Source of the DNA: Hydrolagus affinis
Taxonomy: Eukaryota
DNA length: 64,000 nt
Assembly: GCA_012026655.1 (NCBI GenBank)
Contig: JAAILG010000428.1
Coordinates: 1-64,000, forward strand
Direction: 5' to 3'
Position numbers and translations under genes: made by a program. A model generated the notes under the pieces. The model saw only the letters and a list, made by a program, of their open reading frames with translations. It did no database searches and was not told the origin of the DNA. Positions 1 through 12,444 of this stretch are shown here, piece after piece. The number at the start of each line of letters is the position of its first letter. Position 1 is the stretch's first letter.

Positions 1-133
1 CGCGCGCACCCGGAATGCGCGCGCAGTCCGAATGCGCGCGCATGCGCAGTACGAAAAATTTATATTTCGGTATATCTCGATATGAGCCCATCGATATATT
101 TAATCGGGAAAATATCCATATCGACGTCCCCTA
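1..133. mobile_element. Right end of a hAT-like MITE, cut off by the window edge
   Basis: Ends in ATATCGACGTCCCCTA (reverse complement TAGGGGACGTCGATAT). It shares CGATATGAGCCCA.CGATATAT and GAATGCGCGCGCA with the complete element at 59942-60474. Confidence 0.8.
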
Positions 134-1006
134 CTTCAGAGGATTAGTGGAGAAGCCTTTAAAATGCTGTTGAGAGTTAAATGCCCAGAACGTTTGTCAA
201 TTGTCAAAGAAATAAGCTCCCCTCATTCACCAGAAATCGATCCTGATGTTCAAACAGAAGAAGCATATCAATACAAGTAACAGAAATACAATTTAGCACA
301 GCCAAATTAGTAAATGAGGAAAGGGTGAATGTCAACAGGTCACAGGGATTGTAAAGGAGAAAGAGACAATCGAGCACTAACAATGCTTTGCTCGCATTCT
401 GGTAGTTTCTTTTATCGCACAAAATGTGGTTAAGTAAGTTGACTGTTAATCAGTCAAGTCTATTTGGTGAGTTAAAAGATGAAACATGCAATCCTTATAT
501 CCAAAGTAACACACACTTATGAAAAAGTCTGCATATAATGTGCAATTCTGACAACCAGTTTTGCTTGATGTAACAGAATTGTTTTAGTTGAAGACAACAG
601 CCTTCTTCAATGCTCATTAGCTGAACACAGGACGATTAACAAGCTTGCATTGTGCTAGACTGGGCTGCTGCAGATGTTTCTGCACACCATTTGGGGTTAG
701 TAAGTGCTGTAACATTGTAAAAGTGTTGGTTTCAATGGAGAATAGTACATTGTGCTATGAATAAAGCATGTTGCTGCTGGGCAGTCAACACAGGTACTGC
801 AGGTAGAATTCAGAACTAGGGCAAGTTGTGAACATAATTGTATGTGTATTCAGTGCGGTGGAAGCACTCTTACAATATAATCCTTTATCAGTTCCATGGG
901 GACTAGTTTCTACATGTATTTCATTAAATCTCCTTTTGCGATTTGGGATGATTTATTAAGTGGAATATGTATTTTCCTTGGATTTCATAGAAATGTAACC
1001 TCCTTC

Positions 1007-2006
1007 CAATAACAATAACTTGTATTTATGTAGCGCCCTCCATGCCAGATGGCGTCTCAGAACGCTTCACAATAGTGGAGCCAGGAGCCAGGAGCCGAGC
1101 CAGGGGAAGGGGGGAGGTGACTGTAGGGACGGTTGAACAGAAAGGTCTTCAGGTGCGACCTGAAAATGGAAAAGGATAGGGTGAGGTGAAGGGATTGAGG
1201 GAGGGAGTTCCAGAGTTTGGGGGTGTAGTGGCTGAAGGCATGGCTGGAGGATTAGAGGGACAAGGAGGAAGCAGACCCAGTAGAGCGGAGGCCGCGGGTA
1301 CTGCTGTGAGGAGAGAGGAAGTTAGAGGCAGGGGGTGCAGAGGAGTGGAGAGATTTCAACACAAGAGTGAGGATCTTGAAGTCGATCTGCTCTGTGACAG
1401 GGAACCAGTGAAGTCTGGCGAGGACTGGGATAATCGGGGAGCGATGTTTGGTTCAGGTGAGAATGCGGGCGGCGGAGTTCTGTATGAGCTGGATTTTATG
1501 AAGTGGAGACCGGCGAGGAGGGCATTGGAGTATTCCCGCTGAGAGATGACAAAGAGCAGGGTTTCGGCAGCTTTTGGGGTGAGACATTGGTGGAGATGGG
1601 CAATGTGGCAGAGATGGAAGAAGGGGTGCTGGTGAGGGACGGGATGTGGGGGAGGAAGGATAATTGGGGGTCAAACCTGATGCTTAGGTTGTATACTGGT
1701 TCAGAGAGTTTTTGGGGGCAGGTTGGGTAGGTGGAGGAGGTGAGAGCTGTGGGACTGAAGACTCTGACAAGAATTAAAGAGTAAGGCTTCCGTCTTGTCA
1801 ACATTTAGCAGCAGGAAGTTTCCGCTCATCCAGTTCTTGATGTCTGACAGACAGGCTGACAGAACATCAGGGGAATGGGGGGGTGAGGGTCGCAATTTGA
1901 GGTGGAAAAGTAGAGTTGGGTGTCATTCACATACGTGTGGAAGTTAACCCACGTCTGCGGATGACATCACCAAGAGGGAGCATGTAGATAAGGAATAGAA
2001 GAGGGG
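1007..2006 (-). mobile_element. 5'-truncated L2-clade LINE (RT C-terminal part plus 3' UTR), frameshifted
   Basis: Minus-strand peptides are PLLFLIYMLPLGDVIR..FHTYVNDTQLY (decayed YADD), LSACLSDIKNWMSGNFLLLNVDKTEALL and KIQLIQNSAARILT. The 3' tail is GTGAAGCGTTCTGAGACGCC..GGCGCTACATAAATACAAGTTATTGTT. Confidence 0.93.
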
Positions 2007-2113
2007 AAAAAACTATATCTGTAAACACAACAACAAATCAAATAGAATCATAAGGGCAAAATTGTGGAATGCCTTGCCTTAATCATCATAAGTAGCACAA
2101 TATGATCTGTTGC

Positions 2114-2234
2114 AAAAAGAAAAACATTTTGGTCACTCAATCCACAACAGTTTCTGGGACATGGCTGTGCACAATTGGCTGCTGCATTTCATGTTACACA
2201 GGCCTGAAAACAAATGCAAGGATTATTAATTAAT
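2114..2234 (+). mobile_element. Internally deleted fragment of the tRNA/L2-tail SINE
   Basis: TGGTCACTCAATCCAC..GGGACATGGCTGTGCACAATTGGCTGC..CAAATGCAAGGATTATT matches the other copies. Confidence 0.75.
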
Positions 2235-4063
2235 ACCACAACTTTCCATCTAATTTATAAATTAATGTATCCTGAAGTACCTCCCTGCTCTCAGTGCTCT
2301 GATGTAAACTTTGTTTTCCCTTCAGCTGGCTTCTCTCATTCTAGCAGGAAACTGACTTTATATATGGTCACTCTCCTGGTGTAGACCTGAAATGTAAGTC
2401 CTTGTCTGGAGTTTTAAAACAAGGATTTCCCAAGGTTTGCTTGGCTTTCTTCATCTGAATTATTCTGTGTAAAACAAATATTCTCCTAGCTTTGATTGTC
2501 TTTGTTAGTGATTTTAAATGAGTCACTAATTTATCGATTTTTAGATTTTTTTTCTCTCACCAATTTTTTTCCCTCCACAGGGATTATAGTCTTACCTTTC
2601 AGATTTGAACTGTGATTCAAAGTTTGGGACTTTCTGGTCACTGTGGCTTCGTGCTTGCCAATCGCTCTCGAGGCATCTGAGAGTTAGATTCTACATCTAT
2701 AAATTCTCAGTTTAACTTCAAAATGAAATGGCAGAATTGTTCTGCAGTTCTTAACACTTGCACATCATTGAAAGGAAAATACGTTTCAGTTGAAGTATTA
2801 ACTAGGTTTATCCCATTTCCTTTCAGGGGTATATTTAGTATTATTTTGTGTTTGGTGACGGTGGGGGAAGTGTAGTGAGATGTGTCTTTGGTCTCCTTTT
2901 ATACATCTTTTGCTCCTCCTGTGACCATCAACTTGATCCCTCAGAGCTTTCTGAGCCTTTGGCCAAACAATGACTGCAACACAGGACAATGGCCGATGTT
3001 GATTGCACTTTTGTAGAGAAAGCAGCTACAGCCAAACTAGGAGCCGATTTATATCAGCTGTACATTACTCAGTCACAGGGAACAGCTCCAAACCCTAAGT
3101 GCGCCTGAAATGTCCAAGGACATTAAATTATTTTCTTCCAGAACCTGAGTGGAACAGAAAGATCAGCTAATGGTTGTAATTACCTGAGCTGGCTCTTATC
3201 ACAAGTCACTTATGTAAACGTTGGAACACCTGATCAATAAGAGTGTACTGCAAACATTAATGAGAGCTGAGGTTTGAAGTTTTATGTAGCTGGTAATGTA
3301 TGTCTCGCTTCACCATTAATAATTAATATTTAAATTGTGAAAATTGGACATTAAGCGGTACGCAAAGCAAAACGATGATGTCTGACTTTGAAGCGTTTAG
3401 TGATCTGACATGTGCAGGTGTCTTGTCACCTGACTGACATTGTAGAACTCCATACAAAAGTGGGCCTGCACCACAGTGCTTTATTGAGAGCAGAGTTGTC
3501 TGGAACTGCTGTATTGTACAACAACAACAACAAAATTGTAGCACGCCTATCTAAATCTAGAGTGCTATATATAATGATGAGTTTATTTATTGTCAGTCAG
3601 CAACATAGAACAAATGGAAATATAGCGGTTCAGGTAATATGAGGCCGTATCCATTTATCAGTATTTCCTTTTCAAGTCACCTCCACCTTCTCTGTATAAT
3701 TCATTATGCTCAATGGATGATTTCAAGAAAAATCCAAATCAAATATTTTATTTGAGAAAAAATAACTGCACATAATATATTTAAACCCATGATAGCATAG
3801 TTAAAGCTGGAAGGGTATTTGGAGCAAACAGAGGTTCATAAACTCTCTGTACAACTGATACGTTTGGTTTATTTGGTTAGTCAGACCTGTTCGATTCCAA
3901 TGTCATTAGATAAATTCGCTCATTCGCTGTACACGAAATATAAATATAAAGTATCAGTACAGAATTTATCTCATGCTCTCACCATATTACAACTGAATGC
4001 AAGTGATTAGAGAAGGTACTTTAACTACTGCTTCAATTACGTGCGCTCTTATATTGCCATAAA

Positions 4064-4080
4064 TGTGTGTGTGTGTGTGT
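4064..4080. repeat. (TG)n microsatellite
   Basis: Direct reading of the sequence. Confidence 0.9.
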
Positions 4081-4196
4081 ATAGAAAACTAGAGGGCACA
4101 AATCTGGATTGTTGCTGGTTCAATTCAGGATCGAGTTCAACTGATGGGTTTCTGTTTGTGTTTATTAAATAAAAACACAGGTATTAAAATTAATAG

Positions 4197-4255
4197 CAAT
4201 TAACATATTTTGGTTTGTACAATAAAAAAAAATTCTGCTTTCTTTTTAGGTAAGT
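4197..4255 (+). other. Candidate recursive splice site (3' splice site immediately followed by a 5' splice site)
   Basis: A TTAAC branch-like motif near 4200 is followed by about 50 nt without AG and then TTCTGCTTTCTTTTTAG|GTAAGT. Confidence 0.5.
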
Positions 4256-4325
4256 TTAACCTTCGTGCCCTGTGATATGTTATAATAATGAGATAACAAG
4301 GGAGTAGCAAGATGACTGCAGCCCT

Positions 4326-4340
4326 ACACACACACACACA
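4326..4340. repeat. (AC)n microsatellite
   Basis: Direct reading of the sequence. Confidence 0.9.
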
Positions 4341-5569
4341 ACATGACGGAGCACTTCAGAGGCAAGAGGACAATTCTGCAAAGACTACTTGGTAATATTG
4401 TCCTTTAATCGTGTCTTGCATCCTCCTGGAGGATTTGGAAGAAGCAGTCGTTTTGAGAGGTTAATGGTAGTGTTTTGCTTCCATGTGGTGCTAGAATGTT
4501 GCCCCAAGTGTCTCCGGTGTAAAGACTCTGGTCACCCTTACTGGTCACCAAGGTGTTAAATCACCTTTGGGTGACTGGCACTGATTATTATTCAAACAAT
4601 AAAACTGTTGCTTAGGAATCTGCAAGGGCTTAATTTTATTGAAGAGAGATTGATTCCAGGGTGACAGTGTGTGTTAAAAGTACCAAACCAAAGCAGCATT
4701 TTCTTTTAACAAACCTAGATACTGTAAATTCCACAGCATCACAACAGACCCATTCTGCAGCTCATCAGTTAGCAGTGAGAAGCAAATTCAATGCCTTAGT
4801 CTGAGCACTCGAATAATGCTTTTGTACTCTAGGTGGGGAGAAAGATGATAAATAGGTTAAACAAAGTGGAGAGAAAACTACGATTGTGCTTCTTTGTAAA
4901 AATGCCTATAATGAGTCTCATTGGGATATAATGCAAGTGGCAGTCCTCTCAACACCTCACCCCATTCTTCATGGAAATCATTACTAGGCTCTAATGCCAA
5001 GCTTGATCCTTTTCTGAAGTCTATGGATGCGAGGTTTCCAGCAGAAGTCACTGGATAGCATTCAACTGAAGGAAATTAGAAGGCCAAAAAGTAAAATCTA
5101 GCAGCACAACCACTGGCCTGGTTGAGATCAGCCAACTGAGAACAGACTGGAATTTGGAACTGGTTGGAATTTTCAGTGCTGTAAGCACTAGGCCCTGTAA
5201 TTTATAATAACAGTAAGAACAAAGGTATAAGAACATTGTCTGGAGAATGTTGTTGTTTGCAAACAATATAGCAGGGCACCAGAGCTATTGATTAGTTCTC
5301 TTTTCAATCACATATAAAATATTCTCACATTCTGCCACACGTCAGCTGCCTGTCCAAGTCATATTGGCTCTCACAGTGATTGAGAAAGATGTCAGCAGAA
5401 GTAATGAAAGCAGTGAGCACAACACGGAGACGCTGTCAGCCGCTCCAGTGACTGTAACTTTGGAGCCGTGTTCTGCTGCTGCTGTTTGTCAGTCAGTGTT
5501 CAAGCACCATCTTGGCATTTCAAGCTTCAGAGTCCCATTGTCACTCGTGTCCTGTTTTGTTTTTTCCTC

Positions 5570-5960
5570 TGCAGTTTTACTCCCCTTTTCCCAAACTGTT
5601 GAATGACGCTGGGTATGGTAAATAGGTGCCGGCTAGCCTCCAGTTGTTCACCCAAGTGGCTTCTTTGTCTAAGCCTTGGCAGTGAGCTTCAACACACTAT
5701 TCACAGAGGGTCATCATATACCAAATTTCCCTGTACTCACACCATGTCCACATGCGCAGACTTTCCACCAAGGTCTCTGATTAGCAACCAGGAGCAAGAA
5801 TTCTGGCTGGTTTCAACCACCCTCCCTGACTCTAGGACACTCAGGCCAATCACATCCCTTATAGCTGCCTCAGCTGCCATTACTAAACCGGAGATCAAAC
5901 CTGTGACCTTCCGTGTATGAGTGAGAGGCATGACCCTGTGATAGGCATGACTAACCGTCC
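5570..5960 (-). mobile_element. Highly diverged ancient tRNA-derived SINE (second family)
   Basis: Motifs CACCCAAGTGGC, GCAGTGAG, CTTTCCA, GAGGCCAAT-like and GGAGATCAAACCTGTGACCTTCC (reverse B box) are collinear with 42610-42965 and, inverted, with 52850-53080. Family identity is from recall only. Confidence 0.6.
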
Positions 5961-6779
5961 TAACTAACTAGCTGTCAGGAACGATTGTTTTGTGGTTTGT
6001 TTAGTCTTTTCTGCCCCCATGAGAGTTGATATTGGAAGTACTTGCTTCATGTGCAATTCACACTGATATTTTGTGGTGCGTTGAGGTCAATTGGTCATTT
6101 CTGGGCTTTGGGATAAGATGTCTTTACAGGTAGGCTTCCTTCATTCAATCTTTCAACGGGAGAACTGAATTGATAGTTGTTGCAATCCCAGTAATTGATC
6201 TGCGGAGTTAAAGCACATTACCAGCCTTTCTTTCTCCAGACCATTTACAATTAAATTGGAAACAAATTTGTGGTATTTCTTAATGGAATCTCTTCATAAG
6301 GTTTCTGAGCTGGGAATTGAGAACTCCTTTTTGGCAATAGTCTTTGCATTTGGTGTAGTATCTAATGATGTCTTTAAGACCTCGCAAAAGTAGTTCACAC
6401 GATTTACTATAGAGTATAGAGACTGTAGTTTGTAGGCAAAATTAATTGGAAGTACAGGAAATTCACTCCAACTCAGTCCACTCTGGAGGAGAATTCCTGC
6501 AGGTCCACAGAAATCACAACAGGAATTTGTGCTTCTAACTTGACCTCACTGTGGGTTTCATCAAAGCACTGACCACAAATTGGATGTTCAGTCAAGCATA
6601 TTTACCATGCCTGGAGTGCAATTGAAATAATGGGCAGGGAAAGAAGGCAGTAATGTGCTTTCACAAGGTTTCTGGCAGTGTATGTGAGCAAAAAGTGCAC
6701 CTAAATTATTTGTGTTCTTTTCAAATTGTGCTAATGATAAGATGACAAAATCAATTTTTTTTGTATACTACATCAGGGA

Positions 6780-7705
6780 TTTTTATATCTGCCTCCACCA
6801 TTGATTCCAGGACCACTTCTGTCCTCACAGACAGCCTGTTGGACATTAAGTCCTGGATGAGAGCTAACTTCCTGCAGTTGAATGTCAACAAGACCAAGAA
6901 TCTCCTGCTTGGCTCCCATCAGCACCTCCATACCTCAGGCATCTCCCTCCATGGGTGCACTCTACATCTCATGGTGCCAATAAGGAATCTCAGCATCCTG
7001 TTCGATCCTCAACTGTCCTTCACACCTTACGTCCGTGCCATGATGCGCTCCACCTTTCTCCACCTCTGTAAAATTGCTTGGCTTGCCACTGTCTCACAGG
7101 CTGCCTCAGGCTGAATATCATACACGTATTCATAACAGTCAGGTTTGACTACCCAAACTCCCCGCTTGTCAGCCTCCCCAGCTTTTCATTCCACAGACTG
7201 CATATCATCTAGAACTCTGCAATTTGTGTCCTCTCCCGCATCAGGCTCCACGACCCTATCCCTCCCACCCTCGCCCATCTCCACTGGCTTCCCATCACAC
7301 AGAGGATTCAGTTCAAGATCCTGGTCCTCACTTTCAAAGCCCTCCATGGCCTTGCTCTTCCCTATCTCTGTGCGTTCGAACCCCCTACCAGCCTGCCTGC
7401 TTCTACCGCTCAGAGGGCTCCAGCATGCTTCAGTCCCCTCCCCGTTCGCCCCACCATTGGCAGGTGGGCCTTCAGCCACTCTGCACCCACCCTTTGAAAC
7501 TCCCATCTCAAAGTCCCTCTGCCTCACCCCCTCCCTTACCTTCTTTAAAATCTGTCTCAAAAACCTCCTGTTTGACCATGCCTTCAGTTATCTTCCTGTC
7601 CCCACCTCCCCGATCCCAAACTCAGGTGCAAAACATTGATTGTCCAGTGCCTCGGGACATCCTCCTGATGCAAAAGTTGCTATTTAAATGTTATTTTTTT
7701 CTTGT
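6780..7705 (+). mobile_element. 5'-truncated L2-clade LINE
   Basis: Peptides are LLDIKSWMRANFLQLNVNKT, RNLSILFDPQLSFTPYV and HWLPITQRIQFKILVLTFKALHGLALPYL. The tail is GATTGTCCAGTGCCTCGGGACATCCTCCTGATGCAAAAGTTGCTATTTAAATG. Confidence 0.93.
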
Positions 7706-8676
7706 CGGTTTTTCAGATAATGCATTAAAAAAAACTGTAGCTTTTACTAATGCTCACCGTCACGTCAGCCTGTTTCTTTCCAATCCCCCCTCCCCGACCA
7801 TTCTGTTTGTCAAGCCGGCTCCACCAGTTTATTAGACTGTGGTAGATATTTAATCCCATTTCCCTATTCCTTTTCCTCATGCCTTTTAATACTTGTTACT
7901 TCTCAAGTATTTATCTGCCTTTTAAAACATCCAATTTCATTCTCCCTTTAATGCCTCATAAAGTGGTATCTATTAAACCAATATGTAGTCTGAGCTCACA
8001 AAACATCATTTGGCCTCGTCTTCCAGTGGAGGGATACAGAATTGATCCCCTGATTGTTGAAAGGGAAAAAATACAGTGTTACTTGCAGAACAGCAGTACA
8101 AACTCCTTCCTGACTACTAAATCATGAACTCAGACAGCAGATGAGTTCAGGAAATGTATAAAACTAGGAGCGGCTAAAATGGGGAATAGTGTTTGTGCCG
8201 CTAAAATACATTGGGATTTGTAGGAAGCTTCGATCAAAATAACTGTTTGGCTTGCAGCAGAATAAATGGAACATTTCAATTGTTCAGCATGTTCCTTACA
8301 CTGTATTCATTCGATATCAATAAGAGGAGAGTTACAGACCTATAATGAGCCCCCTTCCACTTTTCCCCTCCCCCACCAGCCAAAACCCAGGATAAGTAGT
8401 TCTTACCATGGATACAGCTTCCATTCTGACCTAATTGCTATTTGCAAAATCTTTATATGATCAGATCACTTTCAGTCTGCATTTTGTTGTTCCATTACTG
8501 AGGCTTTTAAGGCTTGATTTGGCCATGCTGCAAACCAAGAACAAAAGAATGAAGTTTGCAGCTTGCTGCAAGGTAATGCGAGGGGCTGACTGGAGATTGT
8601 GCAGTATTTGCAGCTGTTTGTAACAGTGAGGGACGAGTTTATGTTGGGGTATAATTGCAGAAGAATATAGTTCGGG

Positions 8677-8784
8677 ATAATAATAATAATACTTGCATTT
8701 GCTATAGTGCTTTTCACATCTTATTGACATCTCAAAGCGCTTCACAGAATATACTGTAATGTGAATTGACTGTATATTTGTGGG
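8677..8784 (-). mobile_element. 3' fragment of the tRNA/L2-tail SINE
   Basis: (AAT)n-CTTGCATTTG..CTCAAAGCGCTTCACAGAATATACTGTAA..GAATTGACTGTATATTTGTGGG. Confidence 0.88.
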
Positions 8785-11636
8785 AGATCATTGTGGGCCT
8801 CAGATCGTTTTTGAAAAGCATGACACAAAGTCAATACCAATTTTAATATTGCATACACAAGGAAAGGGAAAACAGAACAAATTACTGGAGGCTCACTAAA
8901 TTCTCATAAAACAGAAATCCGGAGGGTAGAAAAGACATTTACACAATAAAAGCCAGGATTTGCAGCACAAAGATTGAGTGTATAAATACCAGGCCCTGAG
9001 GGATGCTCCAAAAAAATCTGGATTTAATGTTCAGTCCTCAATATTGTCTGATCAGATTTGACAAGGAGTGCTTCACATTATTACGGATGTTGTGAGTCCT
9101 GTATGCATGATGCAGGACTGACGCAAGAGAATGCCATCAAAATTAATTCCACACATGAGCAAATTTCAAAGTGGGAAATGTTAAAGAGGGAAAATTTTAA
9201 TGCGCGGTGCCTTAAATTGTACTTCATGAACCGATTAATTTTTGAGATCATCTAGTTTCTGATACTGTTTGTCCACTCAATGGGAAGACTGGATGCTTTT
9301 TAGCTTTGCAACTTTTCTGGAAACAGCCATAACTGCTTAGACACGGATAGTCCGAGGACATTTTGATCACCAGATCATGAGATCATATGGTTTGCTGTGG
9401 ATCCAAAGACATGGGCTGCGTGTTTTAAATTAATTTGATCATCTCCCCAGAGCAGATAATACTTTAAATTGCAATAGTTTTTATATGGTGGAAGTGAAAT
9501 TGGAAAAAATATTTGTTGTTGTTTTGGAAGAATGTTCTGTGAGTTAAAAAGTGGGTTCAAGTTATTTGGAATATGGAGCTCCATGGTTTTGTCTGTTCGT
9601 CGAATTCTTTTGGGCTGATAGCAAAGTAATTTTATTTTGTCTACCTGTAATGTGATCAGATCTCCATCAGTGCTCCCAACTGATGATGGGGATAATTTTT
9701 CACAATGAATAACTGAAATATCAGCATCTCTACAGCATAGCTTGTAGTACAGCTGGCCACACAGTAAAAATCCAACATTTCTCTAGTTTCCAATGGTCAC
9801 CACTCTATCATTTTAATCATCTCGTTAACAATTTTGCAAACAATTGCCCAAATTTGATACCTGCCTGCATTCGAGTTGTGGCCAATGTGATGTTCTAGAG
9901 CTCATCCATTTCTAAGGAGCTGCAGAATAGTGCTATCCCATTAGCTGCTTTCCCAATATTATTAGATGTGATTAACTGAGTGCATATGGAGATGAGGATG
10001 CCCACAGACAATCATTTAAAATGTACACGTTGCTTGCAGTGTATGATTAAGTATCTTGCATATGAATGCCTGGGATTCAAACACAACTTCATCATTGCTA
10101 GTTATTTCTGTTTGTGGCATTTGAGGAAGATTGAATTGCAAGGGTGAGTTGGGTTGTGGCCTACCAATGTGCCTTATGAACACAAGCACACAACTCTCAG
10201 CTCTCGGCAGAGCAAAGGTGCAACCAAGACCACACTGAGCATCAATATCCTCGGGCTGTAATTCCAGTGCTGTGGTTGATAAGGGTGAGAGGCGGGTAAG
10301 CTTTACAGTAAGATCAGGCAAAATGTGCAGAACGATCATGCTTCTCAGCCTGCTTGTTGCAGGTGACATTCATAAACTGCTCTTGTGGTTTATGATGTCA
10401 TGTGAGCCCTTTGATTGGATTATAGTCTAGTAATTCACTTAGAGGTCTCATCCTCTGTACAACTCGCTGCCAGACAGCTAATATCCCGTTTTGTAATTCA
10501 CTTAGAAAGTATGCATTATCCTTTTGTTGAACTCCTTACAGTGCATGCGTTTCTGCTCATTACCTTTGCTTTTTTACAAATTTAACATTTTGTTTTTCTC
10601 ACTCACAAACCCACTTAATAAGCTAAATGGGCAGTCAAATTAAAGGCCCCTGGAAAAGAGGTCTTTTGAAGCAGTTACATAGGAGGGAATTGTAATCCCA
10701 CCTAAAGGATTGTTGTCAGATTCAATTAATGTGGAAAGCTGCTTAAAATATTAGTTTCCAATCTGCGTTTTAGCAATACTGGAGATGCAGCCTATTTCTA
10801 ATCTGGTCAGAGTTACTGCTGAGCTTGTGCCAATCATTAATAATGCAGCTCTCCTGGATTTTCATCAGACACACCAGTAACTCATGATGCTTCAATGACC
10901 CCTTGATCTTCATATTACGCAAACTATCAGAAGAGTTTCACATGATTTAAACTTTATAGACTCCCTATGTCGTGGTAGTTAAATTTTCTCTTCTGCAGGG
11001 CTAAGGCTTTGTGGTGATTTAAATAAACAATACTCCCAAGTGTGTACTGCTGGTCTGTGCACTTCAATGCAGAATGAAACACGGAGCAATATTTCCAAAT
11101 CAAATAACTCTTGGATTAGCTGTTTGTTCTCAAGAGAGAAAACCGACACAATTATGGATCTTAGTAGTTTACTTGCAAAGTTGTCTGCTGAATGCTTTGA
11201 ACCACGAGTGCAACATTTCTGGAGAATGTTAAAAAAACCTGCAAATTCATTCTGTGGAAAAATTAAGATTGTGCACAGATTGTGTCATCCACAGTCTCTT
11301 GCAGCAAGTGGAGGCTCCTTGTTGGAACAGACTAAATTATGGCTCGGAGTATTTGATACATGTATTATTTCCCAATGGCTAAACAAATTTAGGTTGTGAA
11401 TAGCTGAGTCACGCAGACCTGAGGTTCTAAAAAGCTTAATCTGGGCTGAGTCTCAGTCAGCTAAATTTGAGTGGAGGAGGGGACATAAGTTATAAAAGTA
11501 CAGTTCTATTTGAAGGAAAATCCATCACGGCTTTACTCCTGTTGGAGGTGCAATAGTGAGGGGGGGAAGTTGGGTGAGGACGGTATCGGGCAATGATTGT
11601 GGCTGAGTAACTTGCTGATAACATTCTTTTCAAGTA

Positions 11637-12444
11637 CAGGTAGACCCCGCTTACCCTTTGGTAAACAAAAATTTTGTTAAGCGAGAGTTTAACTGTATTA
11701 CTATATTTGGCTGCAGCCAAAACGTTGCCCCAATTCGAGCCTCCCCGCTAAAACCAGTTTAGTTCCCAGCAGTTCCTAGCGCTAACATTTTCGGTGTACA
11801 GGTTGAGTGGCCGAAATCCGGAATTCCGGAATCTGGAATGTGACAAAAATTGCAAGAATAAAAACGCCAATCCTACCTGCTCCAGGCCAGGTCTTCACAG
11901 TCACTGTACTGAAATATCGCAAACTGAGCTCAGGCATTTCCGGACACATGACGCGCTTCTGGCGTTCCGAAGTCCGGAAATACCCAAACCTGGGCTCGGC
12001 TACGGGCCAGAATTCAGGACGCTCAACCTGTACTAGCGAAGGCCTAGGGTAGATATAACTGCTATTGAAGGCTACACAACTTTAAATACAACAATAAAAT
12101 ATTAAAATGTTAGTAAATACAACAATAAACAATAAAATACAGACAGTCCTTGACTTACTATCAATGAAGCCACGGAGCATCCTACGCTTAAGCTCCTCCC
12201 ATTTGGGATGGGCTGCAATGTGCTGCTTAACTGAGGCACGCTAAGACTGAGCGTGTGTTGCTGGGGCAACCGGAGAGACACTACCCATGAGAAGTTGCGC
12301 AAGAGAAACCTGCGAGATTTAAAGTGTGTGTAAACATTCGTTATAGCGAACGCAGCCTTTGTTAAATGGATAAGTGGTACAAATAGAAACCCTCGTTATA
12401 GTGAACTTTCATTAACCGGGCATTCGGTAAGCGGGGTCTACCTG
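11637..12444. mobile_element. Tc1/mariner (pogo/Tigger-like) MITE with perfect 19-bp TIRs and TA TSD
   Basis: TA|CAGGTAGACCCCGCTTACC ... GGTAAGCGGGGTCTACCTG|TA. Confidence 0.92.
11799..12030. mobile_element. Nested Tigger4/Zombi-like MITE (232 bp)
   Basis: TA|CAGGTTGAGTGGCCGAAATCCGG ... CCAGAATTCAGGACGCTCAACCTG|TA, with repeated TCCGGAA subterminal motifs. Confidence 0.88.

Noticed and set aside
6121-6135. Other AG|GT junctions (6129, 22840, 62594)
   Set aside because: They have a short pyrimidine tract or a poor donor (GTCACA, GTCAAT) and are expected by chance in 64 kb.
7224-7835. 203-aa ORF (and overlapping 164-aa and 124-aa ORFs)
   Set aside because: These are off-frame or antisense readings of a C-rich L2 fragment. 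The true L2 peptide (HWLPITQRIQFKIL) is in another, broken frame.
10999-11399. Acceptor-like site followed by an open frame of about 133 codons
   Set aside because: The peptide has no recognisable homology and looks like translated non-coding DNA, so it is unsupported without RNA data.
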